A DNA stretch of 63,909 nucleotides, filler included, from Intoshia linei (taxonomy: Eukaryota > Animalia > Orthonectida), in the NCBI GenBank assembly GCA_001642005.1. It is 4 parts of 4 records of this genome, joined end to end, with 100 filler letters (N's around TTAATTAATTAA, not from the genome) between each part and the next. Parts side by side here need not be neighbours in the genome. Positions count along the whole stretch, not along the records: positions 19,167 to 49,018 come from LWCA01000377.1; 3 more parts are not named here. One strand, written 5' to 3'. Position numbers and translations under genes: made by a program. The notes beneath the pieces were generated by a model, which made no database searches, had not been told where the DNA came from, and was given only the letters and a program-made list of their open reading frames with translations. The number at the start of each line of letters is the position of its first letter. Position 1 is the stretch's first letter. Below, in pieces: positions 25,106-38,510 of this stretch.

Positions 25106-27961
25106 ATGGCATATAATAATAACAGGTAATTTTTAATTATAAATGGTGATTAAGTTGATTATTAATCTTATAAAATTACAAAACTAATTTATCGAACCTT
25201 AATTTTTATTATAAACGATTTTCTAATTTTACAAGTTAATTGTGAATTTTAAAATTAATTTAAACATTTAGTTACCCTTCAAGATATCAAAGTCAACCTC
25301 CAATGAGAAATCAATATGGTAGTTACAATTCAGGTAACCGAAACGGTGGTTATTTGTCAAATCAAGGCTATAATTACAATTCTGGTAGTGACCCTAGACG
25401 ACCAATGAACACTAAATACAAACCACATGAAGGTCTTGATGTAACCAATGTCGACTGGACAAAAAAGGTTCTGAAAAATATCGTTAGGGGACAACATATT
25501 CAAAATGCAAATGCACTTACCCAAACTATTGTAATTTTTAACTACAGTGGTTCATTGATTATACGTACAGCAAATTTTAAGTAAATTTTTTGTATTACTG
25601 AGACAATTGTATATACAAATGAAGATAATTTTGTTGATATTACATTTTCTATAAGTTAAATTTTCAATTTTGCTGTAAGTGTAATCTATGAATTACTGTA
25701 TCAACAAAATATTTAAATTATAACTTGAAATTAGGACCAAATTAAGCTTTTACGAAGTACACATTCTGTGTCTATCGAAGGTTCAACGCCTTTAAAACCT
25801 ACGTATTCTTTTGATGAAGCTAGTTTACCCGGTATTTTATTTTTTGTTTATTTAAAGTATATTACATTAATGTGTATTTGATTTTCTTTCTAGTCAAAAT
25901 ACGTGAAGTTGTGCGGAAATTAGGTTGGACACTACCAACTCCAATTCAAGCAGAGGGTAATTAGTTGTATTTTCTATTTTAATGGTTAATATTAGCTATG
26001 CCACTGGCAATGTCTGGAGTAGATGTAGTTGGAATTGCACAAACCGGTTCCGGTAAAACCGCTGCCTTTGTGTTGCCTGCTATAAATCACATTGCCAACC
26101 AAAATGTATCTCATATAGTTGGTCCTCTTGTCGTGGCTGTTGTTCCAACTAGAGAACTTGCGATTCAGGTCCATGAAGTAGCCAAACATTTCTGTCGAGA
26201 ATTAAATATCACTTGTGTTTGTGTGTATGGTGGTGCTAAAAAAGATGCTCAAAGAAGTGAACTTTTAAATGGAGCAAATATGATTATAGCTACACCTGGT
26301 AGATTATTAGATTTTATTAGTATGGGTGTAGTTATAATGGACAATGTATCCTTTTGTATTTTGGATGAAGCTGACAGGATGTTGGATATGGGCTTTGAAC
26401 CGCAAATAAAAAAAATTATGCGACAAATTAGACCAGATAGGCAGATGCTCATGTTTAGTGCCACGTGGCCTAAAGAAGTCAAAATTCTAGCTGAAACCTT
26501 TTTAAAAAATTACATTAAAGTAAACGTTGGATCTCAGGAGTTGGCAGCTAATCACAATATTAAGCAAATTATTAAGGTTATCGATGAATCGCAGAAAGAA
26601 AAAACGTATTTAGTTATTTAATAGTGTTTTATTCGTATGTAGGTTGTACGAACTTCTTTGTAAAATTGTGAATGAACCAAACAAAAAAACAATTATATTT
26701 TTCGAAACTAAACGAAAAACTGATACAATTACATTTTTACTTAGAAAACAAGGGTAAATTTAAAAATTGAGCCTTATTAAATGTTTATAGATGGCCAGTA
26801 GCAGCAATTCACGGGAATAAAGATCAGAGAGAAAGAGAACGTGTTCTAGGCGGTAATTTTTTTTAATCAATGATTTATAATTTATTTAGAATTTAAAAGT
26901 GGACGTTTACCAATATTATTAGCAACTGACGTTGCAGCTAGAGGATTAGGTTAGTAGTGTTTTGGATTTGGGCATAAGCCCAATTGAAGAAAATGGAATA
27001 CATTTCTGGTACTTTGATGGCCTAAATTTTTGGACAATTGTATTAATGTATGATTTTATTTTACATGGACTCGTGGAATGCAATCGTATAAATATTGGCA
27101 TCGAGCATCGATAATATTTATGATGTTTTCCACACATTTCCATGTGTTTTCATACATTAATACTGTGTGCTTTTTGACTTTTTTTGTTAACTAATGTGGT
27201 TTGATTAACATGCGTGCTTTATTGCATGACAATATTAATTGCTTTGTTGTAAGAAAATTATTTAGTTACTTTAAACGGCCATCATATTTGCGTTGCATTT
27301 CATTCGATCATTACCTCTTTATATTTCTGTTGTAATTTGATTTTTAGATGTTAGTGATATTAGTTTTGTTATAAACTATGATTATCCTAATAGTAGTGAA
27401 GATTATGTACATAGAATAGGTCGAACTGGAAGGGCCGGAAATAGCGGAACCGCATATACCTTTTTTACATGTAATTTTTATAATTTATTATATTATTTCA
27501 TTATAGTTAAACATGATTATCGATCTGGCGAATTAATTAATGTTTTGAGAGAAGCCAAACAAGAAGTACCTCAAGATTTAGTAGCATTAAATTATCACTT
27601 TGCTAGCAAAAAAAATGGAAGTAAGTTTAATACATTACCGATAAAAATGTTATTAAGGCATTCCAATAAATTAAAAATAAGTGTTTTTATCAGTTTCATA
27701 AGATAAATTATTCACATTTCCTTAATGTTATTAAAATATGTACGACTGACCGTCCTCAAGTTTTCATGCTTTTGATTTCATATATACATATTTCTATTAG
27801 GAAAAGGACAAAAAAGAACTAGAACAAATGATAACGATTTTGATGCCGATAAACGTTATAAATCGTCATATGGAACAAATAGTAGATTTAATGGTAATTC
27901 GCATGGCTATCAAAATGAAAGTTATCAAAGGACCGATAAACCATTTAATACTAGATATTAA
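25106..27961 (+). CDS. DDX5: DEAD-box RNA helicase DDX5/DDX17 (p68/DBP2), 11 exons
   Basis: Exons 25106-25125, 25272-25530, 25735-25831, 25894-25956, 25996-26605, 26643-26753, 26791-26852, 26890-26949, 27348-27470, 27507-27620 and 27801-27961 join in frame. Motifs [61 protein letters not shown]. Confidence 0.95.
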
Positions 27962-28658
27962 TTTAATAAATGTAATTAAGTAAATTGTTTAAATGCTTTA
28001 ATCATCTTGTTTCTTGTTTCAGAACCTATATTTATATTAGCATAAATAACAATAAATTAAAATCTATTTAATTTTGAATAAGTTATCCAAAAATTACATT
28101 GACTTTGATTAGTATGATAATAGCAGCGGAGAGCCAATAATACCATAAAAAGTTTCTTACGTCAATTTAAGTTTAAATTAAGGTACATTGTACCAAAATT
28201 TTTGTAATGATAATTTGAAAGATCGTATATCAGTCGAACCTACCCACCTCCAGGCCAACTTCAAAATGAAAAATAGGCTATACAAAATGTTAATGTTAAT
28301 AAAAAACATTGACAGAAAAAAGTATCCCACATTAGTTTTGGAATTTTACGAAATCAGTCTTCTCTACATACAAAATTAGCATTATGTGCATTTTACTACA
28401 AAACCCATATTTAATTTCAAAGTTATAGCTATATACCGTACTCGAACGCCTCACGAGTTTAGTTTTCCAATTTACCGTTTAAAAAAATTTGTATATTTCA
28501 ATATCATAACTAAACCAGGTTCGTGGAAGTGTCTATAGGTCTTGAACATTGTATTTTTATTCCTTCTCGCTACATTGAACCAATTTGGGGTCTCCCATTG
28601 TGTACGCGAAAAAAATTAATTAATATTAACAACAATGAAAAAACCAATTTAAATAAAA

Positions 28659-29744
28659 TCAAACCGTCCGTTTGAGTTTGAGTCGCTGCATTGCGACAAA
28701 AATATGGCCTTTACAATGAAACTTCAAAAGTACGGTTAAATATAAATATTACACAAAGACGGAACATCCTCCAATGTCATATCATAAGTATTAATTTGAG
28801 GTAGAATGTTGACATTAACGATTCCTAGATATGTAAAAATGTAAATAACTAAAAATACCATATTTAAAAGTTTTATTATCGTGGTCAATGAAATGGTAAG
28901 GTGAAATAACAACAGGAATAATTGGTATCTATTAAAATTATGAATGTGCTGAAAAATCAAAAAAACCTTTCCTGAAACAGCTATATTAAAAGCTCCACAT
29001 TTGAAAGGTAATATTTCCCCACTGCTGTTACGTGTTCCTTCAGGAAAAATTATTAACTTTAACTATATTTAAAATTGAAATTAAATCAACATTTCAAAGT
29101 AACATTTTTATCCAATATTTGTTTTGCACAAATATTAGCAAAATCAGTTCTCTGTTTTAATTTTCGGTTTATTAAAATGCTGCCAGACAGAGCACAACAA
29201 AATCCAAAAGCTCCAGCATAAATCAGGGATTGCTTTGCCATACAAATGATATTTGTAGGTATAATTTTACATAGAGCTAAATGTATTATATATTAAAAAA
29301 ATAATTAATGAATATAAAAAACAAATGTACGCAAAATGTCAAGACACGACTGATGATTTAATATTAAAACACATGGTCCTTCTTGAAGTAAAATGTCAGT
29401 ATTGCCAGAATAACGTATGTCAATATTTAATATTCTTGTAGCGTAATGTAAAATCGAGGCAAAAATCCTAAAAATAATACAAAACTAGCATTTTAAATTA
29501 CTAAAGGTATTCAAAATTACCAAACATTATTGAATTTCCGCGGTCGAATAGCAAATATGGGCAACAATAACACAGAGAGAACGAGAATAACATATATATA
29601 CGTGAAATATTTAATATTATAGCTGTATAATGGAGTAAAACGGCATATAGGTGCGAGAATTATGTAAAATATACAAGTGTAGTAAAAAAATGCAAAATAT
29701 GAATACAATAAATAACTGAGACCAACCAAAGGATTTATACACAT
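28659..29744 (-). CDS. 1-acyl-sn-glycerol-3-phosphate acyltransferase (AGPAT1/2-like), multi-exon
   Basis: N-terminal hydrophobic segments, NHQSCLD (~29340-29360) and FPEGTR (~29032-29048), followed by LPFKCGAF. The 3' end is approximate. Confidence 0.88.
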
Positions 29745-29971
29745 ATTAAACGCAAATAAAGTTATTTAAACTATTAATGAGAACTTTATGAATATGTAAC
29801 GATACTCATTCCATAAATCTAAATAAATATAGTACTGTATATTGTATTGAGATTTCTGGAATAAAAATGTAAATTAATACTCTTTTAATGAAAAACTAAG
29901 TCAATCAAAATTTTTTTTTGAAATATAAATAACAAAAATATTTAAATGCACTGAACTAACAATGTGTTTAT

Positions 29972-30721
29972 TTACGAATCAACAAAATCGAAAGGTGTGG
30001 TGCAACCGCTTTTAATAAGTTCTTGTTTGAGTGAGAATCTAATTTTTTTTTCCATACTAATTTTGCAAAAATTAAACGTCTTGACACTACCAACGTTCAT
30101 AATTAAGATTAAAGTCCATATCAAAATAAGGATCCAGGACGAAATTATAGACACTAAAAGTGGTTGAAAGACGCTGAGATTGCTTTTAAAAATATCTCCA
30201 GTAGGTTGTCTGAGTAAGGCAAATTTTGTAGAGTTTAGTGAAAAGCAATTTACAATATTAAGTTTTTGTGTTACATCTTTATCGATTGTTTCTGCTAGCC
30301 ATTTTGAAGATTGTACGCTATCGCAAAACCAGGAGGTACCGTATATTAAGTGAAATGCCAGATAGAAATGGCATAGCAATATAAAAGAAGATATAATCGA
30401 TAGCACGGGTTTTAGTCCGTCTAGCTTAGTTTTGTACATAATATTTTCAGTCATAAATCCACGTTTTAATGACAAGCTTACTATCAAATAGAACAATACC
30501 ATTATCAAGGAATATACCACTGATGCTGACAAATTGAACGTTTCAACAAGATCACATCGAAAGTGTGTTTCATAGTATACGACTGGCCGGTTTATTAGTA
30601 CTCTTGCATATAGTGGACAATGGTAATCCAAATCCTCTATTGATGTCATTATGGAATAGCATAACACTATTCCCAATATCACTGAGAGGGAATGCAAAAT
30701 CATCAAAATGTATAGCTTCAT
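29972..30721 (-). CDS. TMEM179: Transmembrane protein 179 family, intronless
   Basis: 249 aa with four hydrophobic segments, CPLY after TM1, a conserved Cys before TM2 and G..WFC after TM3, the TMEM179 pattern. Confidence 0.65.
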   Translation of the reverse strand: MKLYILMILHSLSVILGIVLCYSIMTSIEDLDYHCPLYARVLINRPVVYYETHFRCDLVETFNLSASVVYSLIMVLFYLIVSLSLKRGFMTENIMYKTKLDGLKPVLSIISSFILLCHFYLAFHLIYGTSWFCDSVQSSKWLAETIDKDVTQKLNIVNCFSLNSTKFALLRQPTGDIFKSNLSVFQPLLVSIISSWILILIWTLILIMNVGSVKTFNFCKISMEKKIRFSLKQELIKSGCTTPFDFVDS

Positions 30722-31093
30722 TTTATGTATTTAAGTATTTTAAATGTTCATAATAAAGTTTTATTACTTCACGCATCAATTGATTCTCCAAAAGATACAA
30801 TTCTCAAAAATTTACTGTGATTACAATATAATATTCAGCCTACTGAGCTGTCTATCGTCTATAAGTGTTTTTTTAACCGAAATCTTTAAAAATCAATACA
30901 AGAGCAAGACTTCATAATATACATTTGTGTACACTGTACACAATTGAAATTTAAAAAAGACTTATATAGATGATAATCTCCATTTAATTTGCGGCAGAAT
31001 GATATAAATTTTATTTTCGTCATAAAAAACCTCAGCGTCTTTACCTTTTTCTGTTTTCCCATAGTTGCATGCATTTTTTATAATTTTAAGATA

Positions 31094-32629
31094 TCCTAAC
31101 TTATATAAAAGGTTAAGCAATTTTTGTTTGTATGTCTTTCTGTGTGTGTCCAACTTTATTGAAATAATTATCACTCTTAGAATTTTTTAAAGACCACATT
31201 TCAATTACAGTTTTTTCCGAGACGTATAATAAGATAAATTTCAACCTCCCAATTTCACATCTTACGGGTCAAAACCCTGTTGTCTCTCTTTTTGAAGAGC
31301 AAACGAGTTGGAGAATTTAAAAAAATATACCTCTTTTTGAAAATCCATCGAGTTGGAGAATTTAAAAAAATATATACGCTGATGCGGATTTTAAAATCAT
31401 AAACATTATCATAATTTTAAATTTAAAAAAATTATATATTCAAGGGCAAAACCACAAATTATCTTTCTTTTTTTAATGAAAACAGCCCTAGAATTTCAAA
31501 AAATTTACAGGTGATAGAGTTGTATCATGTTAACACACATAAAAAATTTCAATCCGAATAAGTGACAACTTCACGGTCAAAAAAGTATTTTAGTATTCAT
31601 ACATTTTTTTTCCGAAATATTTTATTAAAAAAAAAAATATGAAATAATTAACGGTCCGAAAATTTAAAAAACAGATTATTCTAATAGAGCTTATTCTAGT
31701 TAATATAAATACAAAATTTCAACCCCAGAAATCTACACATTCCCGGTAAAAAATAGTTTTTAATATATTATCAACCAATATTTTTCAAATATTTCGATTA
31801 AAATTGAAAATGTAAATATTGATCCTCCAATTTCAAAAAATTGTGTATTGTACGTCTACACATTTCCAATGAAGACATATGGGTGAAAAATCTATATAAT
31901 TCATTCCTTCGGAATTTTTTTTATTTTCCAAACATTTTTTATAATCTTTTAACATTTTAACATTACAGCAACGAATTTATAAAATTAAATTTATATCAAC
32001 TGAAACGTTATTTTTTTTTATTGATAATTGTTACAAATTTAACATAAAATGGTAAAAAGAAAAGTAACATTCACAAGAACCAAGGCCAAAAGTATGGACA
32101 AATTATTAACATCAATCATTTTTATATTACAATCCTTTGCAATAATGGTAAAATTCGACTGAAATATTTATAAAGTGAAGATTCAGTTAATTATTTATAC
32201 ACAATTGGTATTTTTAAGTATTTATTAAATTGATACTGAATATATGTCATCACATTGAAAATGACAAAATAGGTGAGTGTTTTTACTTTATTGTTAAGAT
32301 TATACAACTCATTCTGTCTAATAAATTATTTCTTTAATTTTATTTTTTCTGGAATTTATGCTATTTATGACAATTTTTAGGATTGGACGTTTTTACTTTA
32401 CTTTTAATATTATACACACATTCTGTCTAATAAATTAAAAAAATAAGATAACAATTGTTTTTAAATTATTTACGCAAATGTTAACAAAACAAAACAAAAG
32501 ATTGATAATAGTTAATAGTAGAATTTTTAAGTGAGATTTTCAACGTGAATTTATTTTTTTGGTATAATAAAAGAGTGCCATCGGCAGAGCTTGGTGCTGT
32601 TTGTACGTAGTACAAAACTCCCAAGTTAG
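31094..32629 (+). mobile_element. Non-autonomous Helitron-like element
   Basis: Starts A|TCC... followed by a TGTT/TGTG microsatellite. The 5' ~190 bp is shared with 42682. Ends with CGGCAGAGC...GTTTGTACGTAGTAC...TTAG|T, shared with several other copies. Confidence 0.55.
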
Positions 32630-33599
32630 TAACATATAATATGTTGTGACACTAATCATATTAATTAAAAAAATCAATAAAAAATCGTTTATTTTAGATC
32701 AGGGTTTGTTAGCCAAGTGCTAAAACTAATTTCAGGGGGTGTTAGAAAAACTATTATTATTTTTTAAATTTTGAATAAAAAATTTTAATAAAAAAATCTA
32801 ATTAGCAGTGGATATCATTTACATGGCCTATGTAAATAAAAGCTTCAAAATGGAGTTAAATCAATATTTAAAAAATAGATAATGTAGAAAACATTTCATT
32901 CATCACAGAACAAATATTTTAAATTCGAAATAATTAACGCATAACCATATATACTATTTATTAAAAATAAAAATAACTAAAACCAATTAAATCAAAGCAA
33001 AATATAACTCGGTTTGAGATTGCTTGCTATTAAAAGTTATAAAATTATGACATGCGATTGACACGCCTTTGTTCATTTTTGCATGTAAATATGATTGTTT
33101 TTAAAAATAATAAACATTTGTTATTTGTGTTTTAACATAAAATAATAATTATCGAAATATGACCACAATATCTTTAGTTGGCCACCCGGGAAGTATCATT
33201 TTTATGGTAATATATCATTAGTATCGAATAATAATTTATTTTTTTTATTCTAAAATAAACATCTATAAATGAAAATATACAAGTGTAGTTAGTCCTGACC
33301 TGTAAATGATTCATCTCTAAAATAAAAAAATTTTCATCGAAATACTAAGTAGGCTAGTTAAACGAAATTTTATAATTTTGATTTAGATGTTCCAAAAATT
33401 CCGTTAAATTTGACTTATACTATAAATATGTTACCATTGGTTTGAAGTTTGAGTTAATATAAAAATTGCATTTGAGAGTTAAAATTAAGAAGTGTCTAAT
33501 TATGGAACATGATAATTTAATTTTCTAAGTTTTATGTTCCATAGTCCACTTACATCAACTTTAATTTTATCCTAATATTCGTTAAAAAATATTCTTATC

Positions 33600-34167
33600 T
33601 GCTGTAAACTATTCAAACAGGGGTAAAATATGCCATAATACTCAATACTCTCCCTAATACAATTAATCGAAAGCTGCAATTTTAATTTGTTATATATAAT
33701 TATAATTATTTTGGCAACATTGCCAATCACCAAATGTGAATGTCAACGCTCCATTACCATTTTGAGAAAATTGAAAACTTTTTTAAAATCATCAATGACT
33801 GGTAATGGTCTATGTGAACTGGCTCTCATGAATTGCCACTATGACTATAATTTTGATATTCAAAGTTTAGTTAATGAATTTGCAATACTTCATCAAAGAA
33901 GACTGGACCTAATTGATTTAGGATTATTTAATGAACAAAATTAATTTCTTTTTTTTTGTGCTGATCATTTTTTTTATTTTTGCGAAAAAATACAAATTTG
34001 GAAAGTATTGTATAACAACCTTTAAATGAAATTAAAAGAGACCCTTTAAAATCAAACTAGACGCATGTATGTTAAAAGAGACGTCATAAAAAAATTTACA
34101 TAACATTACATAAACATACTGCTCGCTTTGCTCGCACCCCATCAACTAGCCTCTTGGATCCGCCCTG
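33600..34167 (+). mobile_element. hAT transposon 3' remnant (THAP12/ZMYM-type dimerisation domain)
   Basis: LATLPITKCECQRSITILRKLKTFLKSSM...LALMN...VNEFA...RRL; terminal GGATCCGCCCTG. Confidence 0.75.
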
Positions 34168-34179
34168 ACCTTATCTATA

Positions 34180-34320
34180 CAATTTATTAAGAAAAGCGTC
34201 ATCTACCACAAATAGTGTTGGACGTAGTTTCAGTTTGTTAAAAAAATTGCTAACTAAACAGAGGCAATTTTTACCAGATAATGTTAAGAAGTATATTATG
34301 TTATACTACAATAAACATTA
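34180..34320 (+). mobile_element. hAT (CGGBP1/DUF659-like) C-terminal remnant
   Basis: TTNSVGRSFSLLKKLL...RQFLPDNVKKY is a degenerate TS..VERSFS motif. Confidence 0.5.
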
Positions 34321-35142
34321 ATAAATTTCAACATCTCTAACATCACACAATGAGATTTACATCATTTGCAGTTCCTTGTTATTCATATTAATATTACACG
34401 CATAAATATTCTTTATTTTAAGTTTTATTCATATTAATTTATTATGTAAAGTGACCGACACCATTATGATCGGGGCCTATGCCAATATTAAAATTAAGGT
34501 GTATTAAATATATGTATTGATATATATAATATATATAAAATATATATAAACACATTGTATTGATGAATTTAAGGCCTACGAAAGGAAGGTTTGGGGTACG
34601 GTAAATTCAGTTGGTATTAACCATAGAAACACACAAAAATTTTAAGGTCAGATAAAGTCAGTAAATTTCATTTTTAGATCAGTTTTTTTGTTATTCTATA
34701 GGTCAATAAAAAATTTCCCTAGTGATCACCCTAATGTTCATTTATTGATTATGTTCAATAGGGGGATTTTTTTTAGAATCTCAATAAAATACGAATTTTA
34801 AGGTATCATTTTTTATTTTCCAAGAGTACTGGAAATAATTGATCTGGTGTTTTAGACACAGTTCACGGTAAATTTTAGAAATTGAAAGTTAATATTCTTA
34901 GTATAAAGTAGGGTTTGTACAACTGTGTGATAGTTCTAACACTAGGGTTGATATCAATTAAATTGATTCAATTTAATCTTGTGTACATTCAAAATTTTGA
35001 TATAACAATAAAGGTAAAATTAATTTATTTAAGCAACTTTATATCAATTTAAACTTTATTGTAATATTTAAGGACATTATTATAAAATTGAAAATATAAA
35101 CATCAAAACCCATAAACTGTTGAGAAAAATTATACTGGATTA

Positions 35143-37325
35143 ATGCAACAAGATTTACCACTTTATCAATTGATTAGATTGAATAAATCGTATTTTTTTT
35201 AAAAATTATATAAGGCTTTCAAGAACAACATTTATTGCTTTTTAGTGAAAAACAAAATAATGATCGAAATTACAAAAAGGATTCTAAAATTAAAAAAATG
35301 AAATGCGAGTAATGATTTTTTTTGTTACACAGGTTTAAATTAAATAAGAAAGTTAATCCCTAAAAACTAACAATTTTTTGAATGTTGTATTTATTATTTG
35401 CGTATCAATAATTATTGATAATTAATAACCAAAATTAATCTAAATTTGTGGATATTTGGGTGACAAACGTTCATTATCTTATATTTACAAAGATACCATA
35501 TTTTATTGTTAAATTTTTGAACGATTGCTCAATATATCAAACGCTGCAATTGGGCTTAAGTTTTTTTGTTTCTTGATAAATTCATTCAAATTTTATTTAT
35601 ACTGAACAAATGTAATATTTTTAAATGTTGAAAATACTGTATAACTAGCAGTATACATTATTAGATATCTGATTTGATATATTGGAAAAAAATTTCTTAG
35701 TGTGGTTAGTACCCGTAGGTTAATTCATGGTTTAAATTTTTTTTAATAGTTTTTTGTAGACCTCAAGTTGTTTCGTCAAGACGTCGACCTCAAGATATTA
35801 CCAATATACCAATACAAAAGGTTTATTTCGGCTAAAGTAGTGATTCCCAATGGGTTCACTATAAAATTAATGTATTATTTGAGGAATTAATTTAATATTA
35901 TTATGCAAAAAAAAATCCATTTTTATCAAATCTAAGGAGAAAAAACCACTTAATCCAACCTCTAGAAAAAAATTTAATTTTTACTAAATCTAAGGAGAAA
36001 AAACCAAATCCACGAACCTCCTATTTCAACTAAACTTTTTGCTTCCCCCTTAAAATTTTTTTAAATCACTTAATAAACTAATCATTTGATTATACTAAAA
36101 AGCGAAGAGGTCAATTTGGGAGATTGAAGCAGATTTTAAATAAAGCTTATTAAAAAAGGATACTATTCATCATAGTCGAACCAACCATGATCTAGCCACA
36201 CCAAAAAATGAAAAATATACTCCTTAAAGAATGTAACAAACAATGCATAATTCCATATAGACTCAACTATTTCTTCACGGGTCTGAGCTTGCTGTCTAAA
36301 TTTGACGCATTAAATATTTATGATATTCAGAAATCAATTATCAGTTAGTATAATTGTACATAACAATCCGTGACCTATGGAAAATTATACAGACCCCAGG
36401 GTCCATGAACCCCACTTTCAGAACAATGATAATCACTTTAACCTATATTTTAAATTACAATTTTAATTTTTTTTAATTTTAGAAGAAAACTTTGGATCCG
36501 AGATTCGATAATATGTATGGAAAATTTAATCATCAAATTTACGAAAATGATTACAATTTTATTAATAATATTAGAAACACTGAAATCGAGGTTTACACGT
36601 CTTTTATTATGAAAGTTATTATAAACTTTTATATGAAAGCTATAACTCTATATATAAAATGTATATTCTTACTAGAGTTAATTTGAGTGGTAAGTAAAAT
36701 GTTAGGTTTATTATTTTATTTCAACCGGGAAAGGATGGACAAACCTAGAAAATTATAAGGTGAGAGGGTAGAAATATGCATGTCTTTTATCTATCTATTC
36801 ACCATCCATATTTTTTTAAATCGAACGAAAAGAGGACAATTACTCTGGGAGATTATGGGTTAGCTGCAAAATTCATTGTTGATGATTATCAATTATTGAT
36901 ATCAGTTTTGATTTAATCTTATATACTTGTATAATATTTAATTTGTAGTCTCTGAAACCAGATAATAATGAATAAATTTTGATTATATGATATTGTTTTA
37001 GTTTCTTGAAAAGGATTTCAAAAAAACCGCAAATGACTCTTCTAAACAGGCATTAGATCGAATGGTTATTAAATATTGAATATGTTGATTAAATTTAAAT
37101 TTAGAAACAACAAAATAAAGATTTAAGTCATAAAAAACGCAAATTAGAAATACAAAAAGATTTACTTAAAAAAAGTGGCCAAAAATATTTTAAAAATAGT
37201 CTTAATTTTAATGAAATTTTTTTAAATTTATATTTTTAGGTGATAAGAAAAAAATTGTAGAAATTTCTCATTATAAAACTGTAAATGAAAAGTCTCATTC
37301 CAAAAAGAAACATTTGACATTTTAA
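35143..37325 (+). CDS. RRP36: Ribosomal RNA processing protein 36 (DUF947), multi-exon; 5' structure uncertain
   Basis: Exons give PQVVSSRR, LDPRFDNMYGKFNHQIYENDYNFINNIRNTE (the DPRF...G.F....Y.F...R..E signature) and a basic C-terminus ending at TAA 37323-37325. Confidence 0.75.
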
Positions 37326-37772
37326 TGTTTTAAATTAAATATATTAAACCCTTGTGATTCGTTTTATTTTTTTTTCTAATTTTTTTTCATTCTATTTGTA
37401 CAAGTATTAAAATGCATTTTATTCATTTAGTTTTGTCATTTGATTCGTTTATTGTATTACTATTAGATGTATTTTTCTAGGGCAGCCAAATATTTTAAAT
37501 TATTGATAAATGTTTTTTATTTTATAATTTTATTTTCTTATCCATACTTGATTCAGTCGGTTAATTTTTAGGTGACTCATAAAATTTAGATAATTTTGAA
37601 ATATCAATACAATTTTGATCAAATTGATATATTTCTTGTCTCATTCGCTTATTGGTAAGAGTAGATTTTTTCTTTAAGGGTTGGTAAATTTTGATTTTTA
37701 GCAAAAATTTTTAGATTTAAGAATATTCTCTTTTTAAATTGATAAATGGTAATTAATAAATTGGTTCAATGA

Positions 37773-38303
37773 ATTGGTGGTGGCTTTAGAAATGAATATA
37801 AACGCAGAGCTCCAGCTCCATAATATGGCAATAGGATGATTGTTCGAAATTTATCTACACGTGTCAGCTGGCAGGATTTGAAAGATTTTATGAGAAAGTA
37901 TTGAGAAATTATTTTTGCCGATGCACATAGACATCGTGAACAAGTAGTTGTCGAATTCGCTTCACATAGTGACATGAAGGCTGCTATTAAAGAACTTGAT
38001 GCTTATGAAATAAATGGTCGATCTTTACAGTTAAAACCATATGAAGTTTCCAGAAGTAAAAGTCGTAGTAGAAGCTACAGTGCACGAAAGAGATCTTATT
38101 CACGATCACGTTGCCATTCGAAATCTCACTCTAAAAGTCGAAGCCGTTCCCGAAGTGCTCATAGAAGTACTAGTAGACGTGTCAGTAGAAACGGTTATAG
38201 AAATGGAAATAATTTATCGAAATCACCCAAAAATTCTTTCGATAGAGATGATCGAGATGAAAAACCTTGTGAAAAATCTTATAGTAAATCTGACAATGAA
38301 TAA
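37773..38303 (+). pseudogene. SR splicing factor (SRSF4/5/6-like) processed pseudogene, RRM2 plus RS domain
   Basis: One frame reads [31 protein letters not shown]...VVEF...KELD..EINGR then RS repeats. In-frame stops TAA 37821 and TGA 37902; no introns; no RRM1. Confidence 0.8.
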
Positions 38304-38510
38304 ACTGTTCAGTTGTATCTGTTTATTTAACTGGTTAAATTCATATATTGTATCGCATTATCTATATGTGCAATAATATATATAATATTCAAAGTATGAA
38401 TTTTTATTTATTTATTAAATGACATGATTCACTAATCCAATTATGTTTTTGGTGTAATAAAAATATTAAGTAATATAAAAGCAATTAAAATTCATTTAAA
38501 ACAGTAGAAA

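Noticed and set aside
30886-31174. Two overlapping short minus-strand ORFs
   Set aside because: No recognisable domain, and one runs into the Helitron-like element.
34440-35142. Cluster of short GT-AG bounded segments
   Set aside because: No continuous open frame or recognisable motif was established.
37821-37904. Stop-codon reassignment or readthrough in the SR gene
   Set aside because: Two different stops are involved. The intact genes here (DDX5, GS, GPCR) have no internal stops and end in TAA/TAG, so pseudogenisation is simpler.
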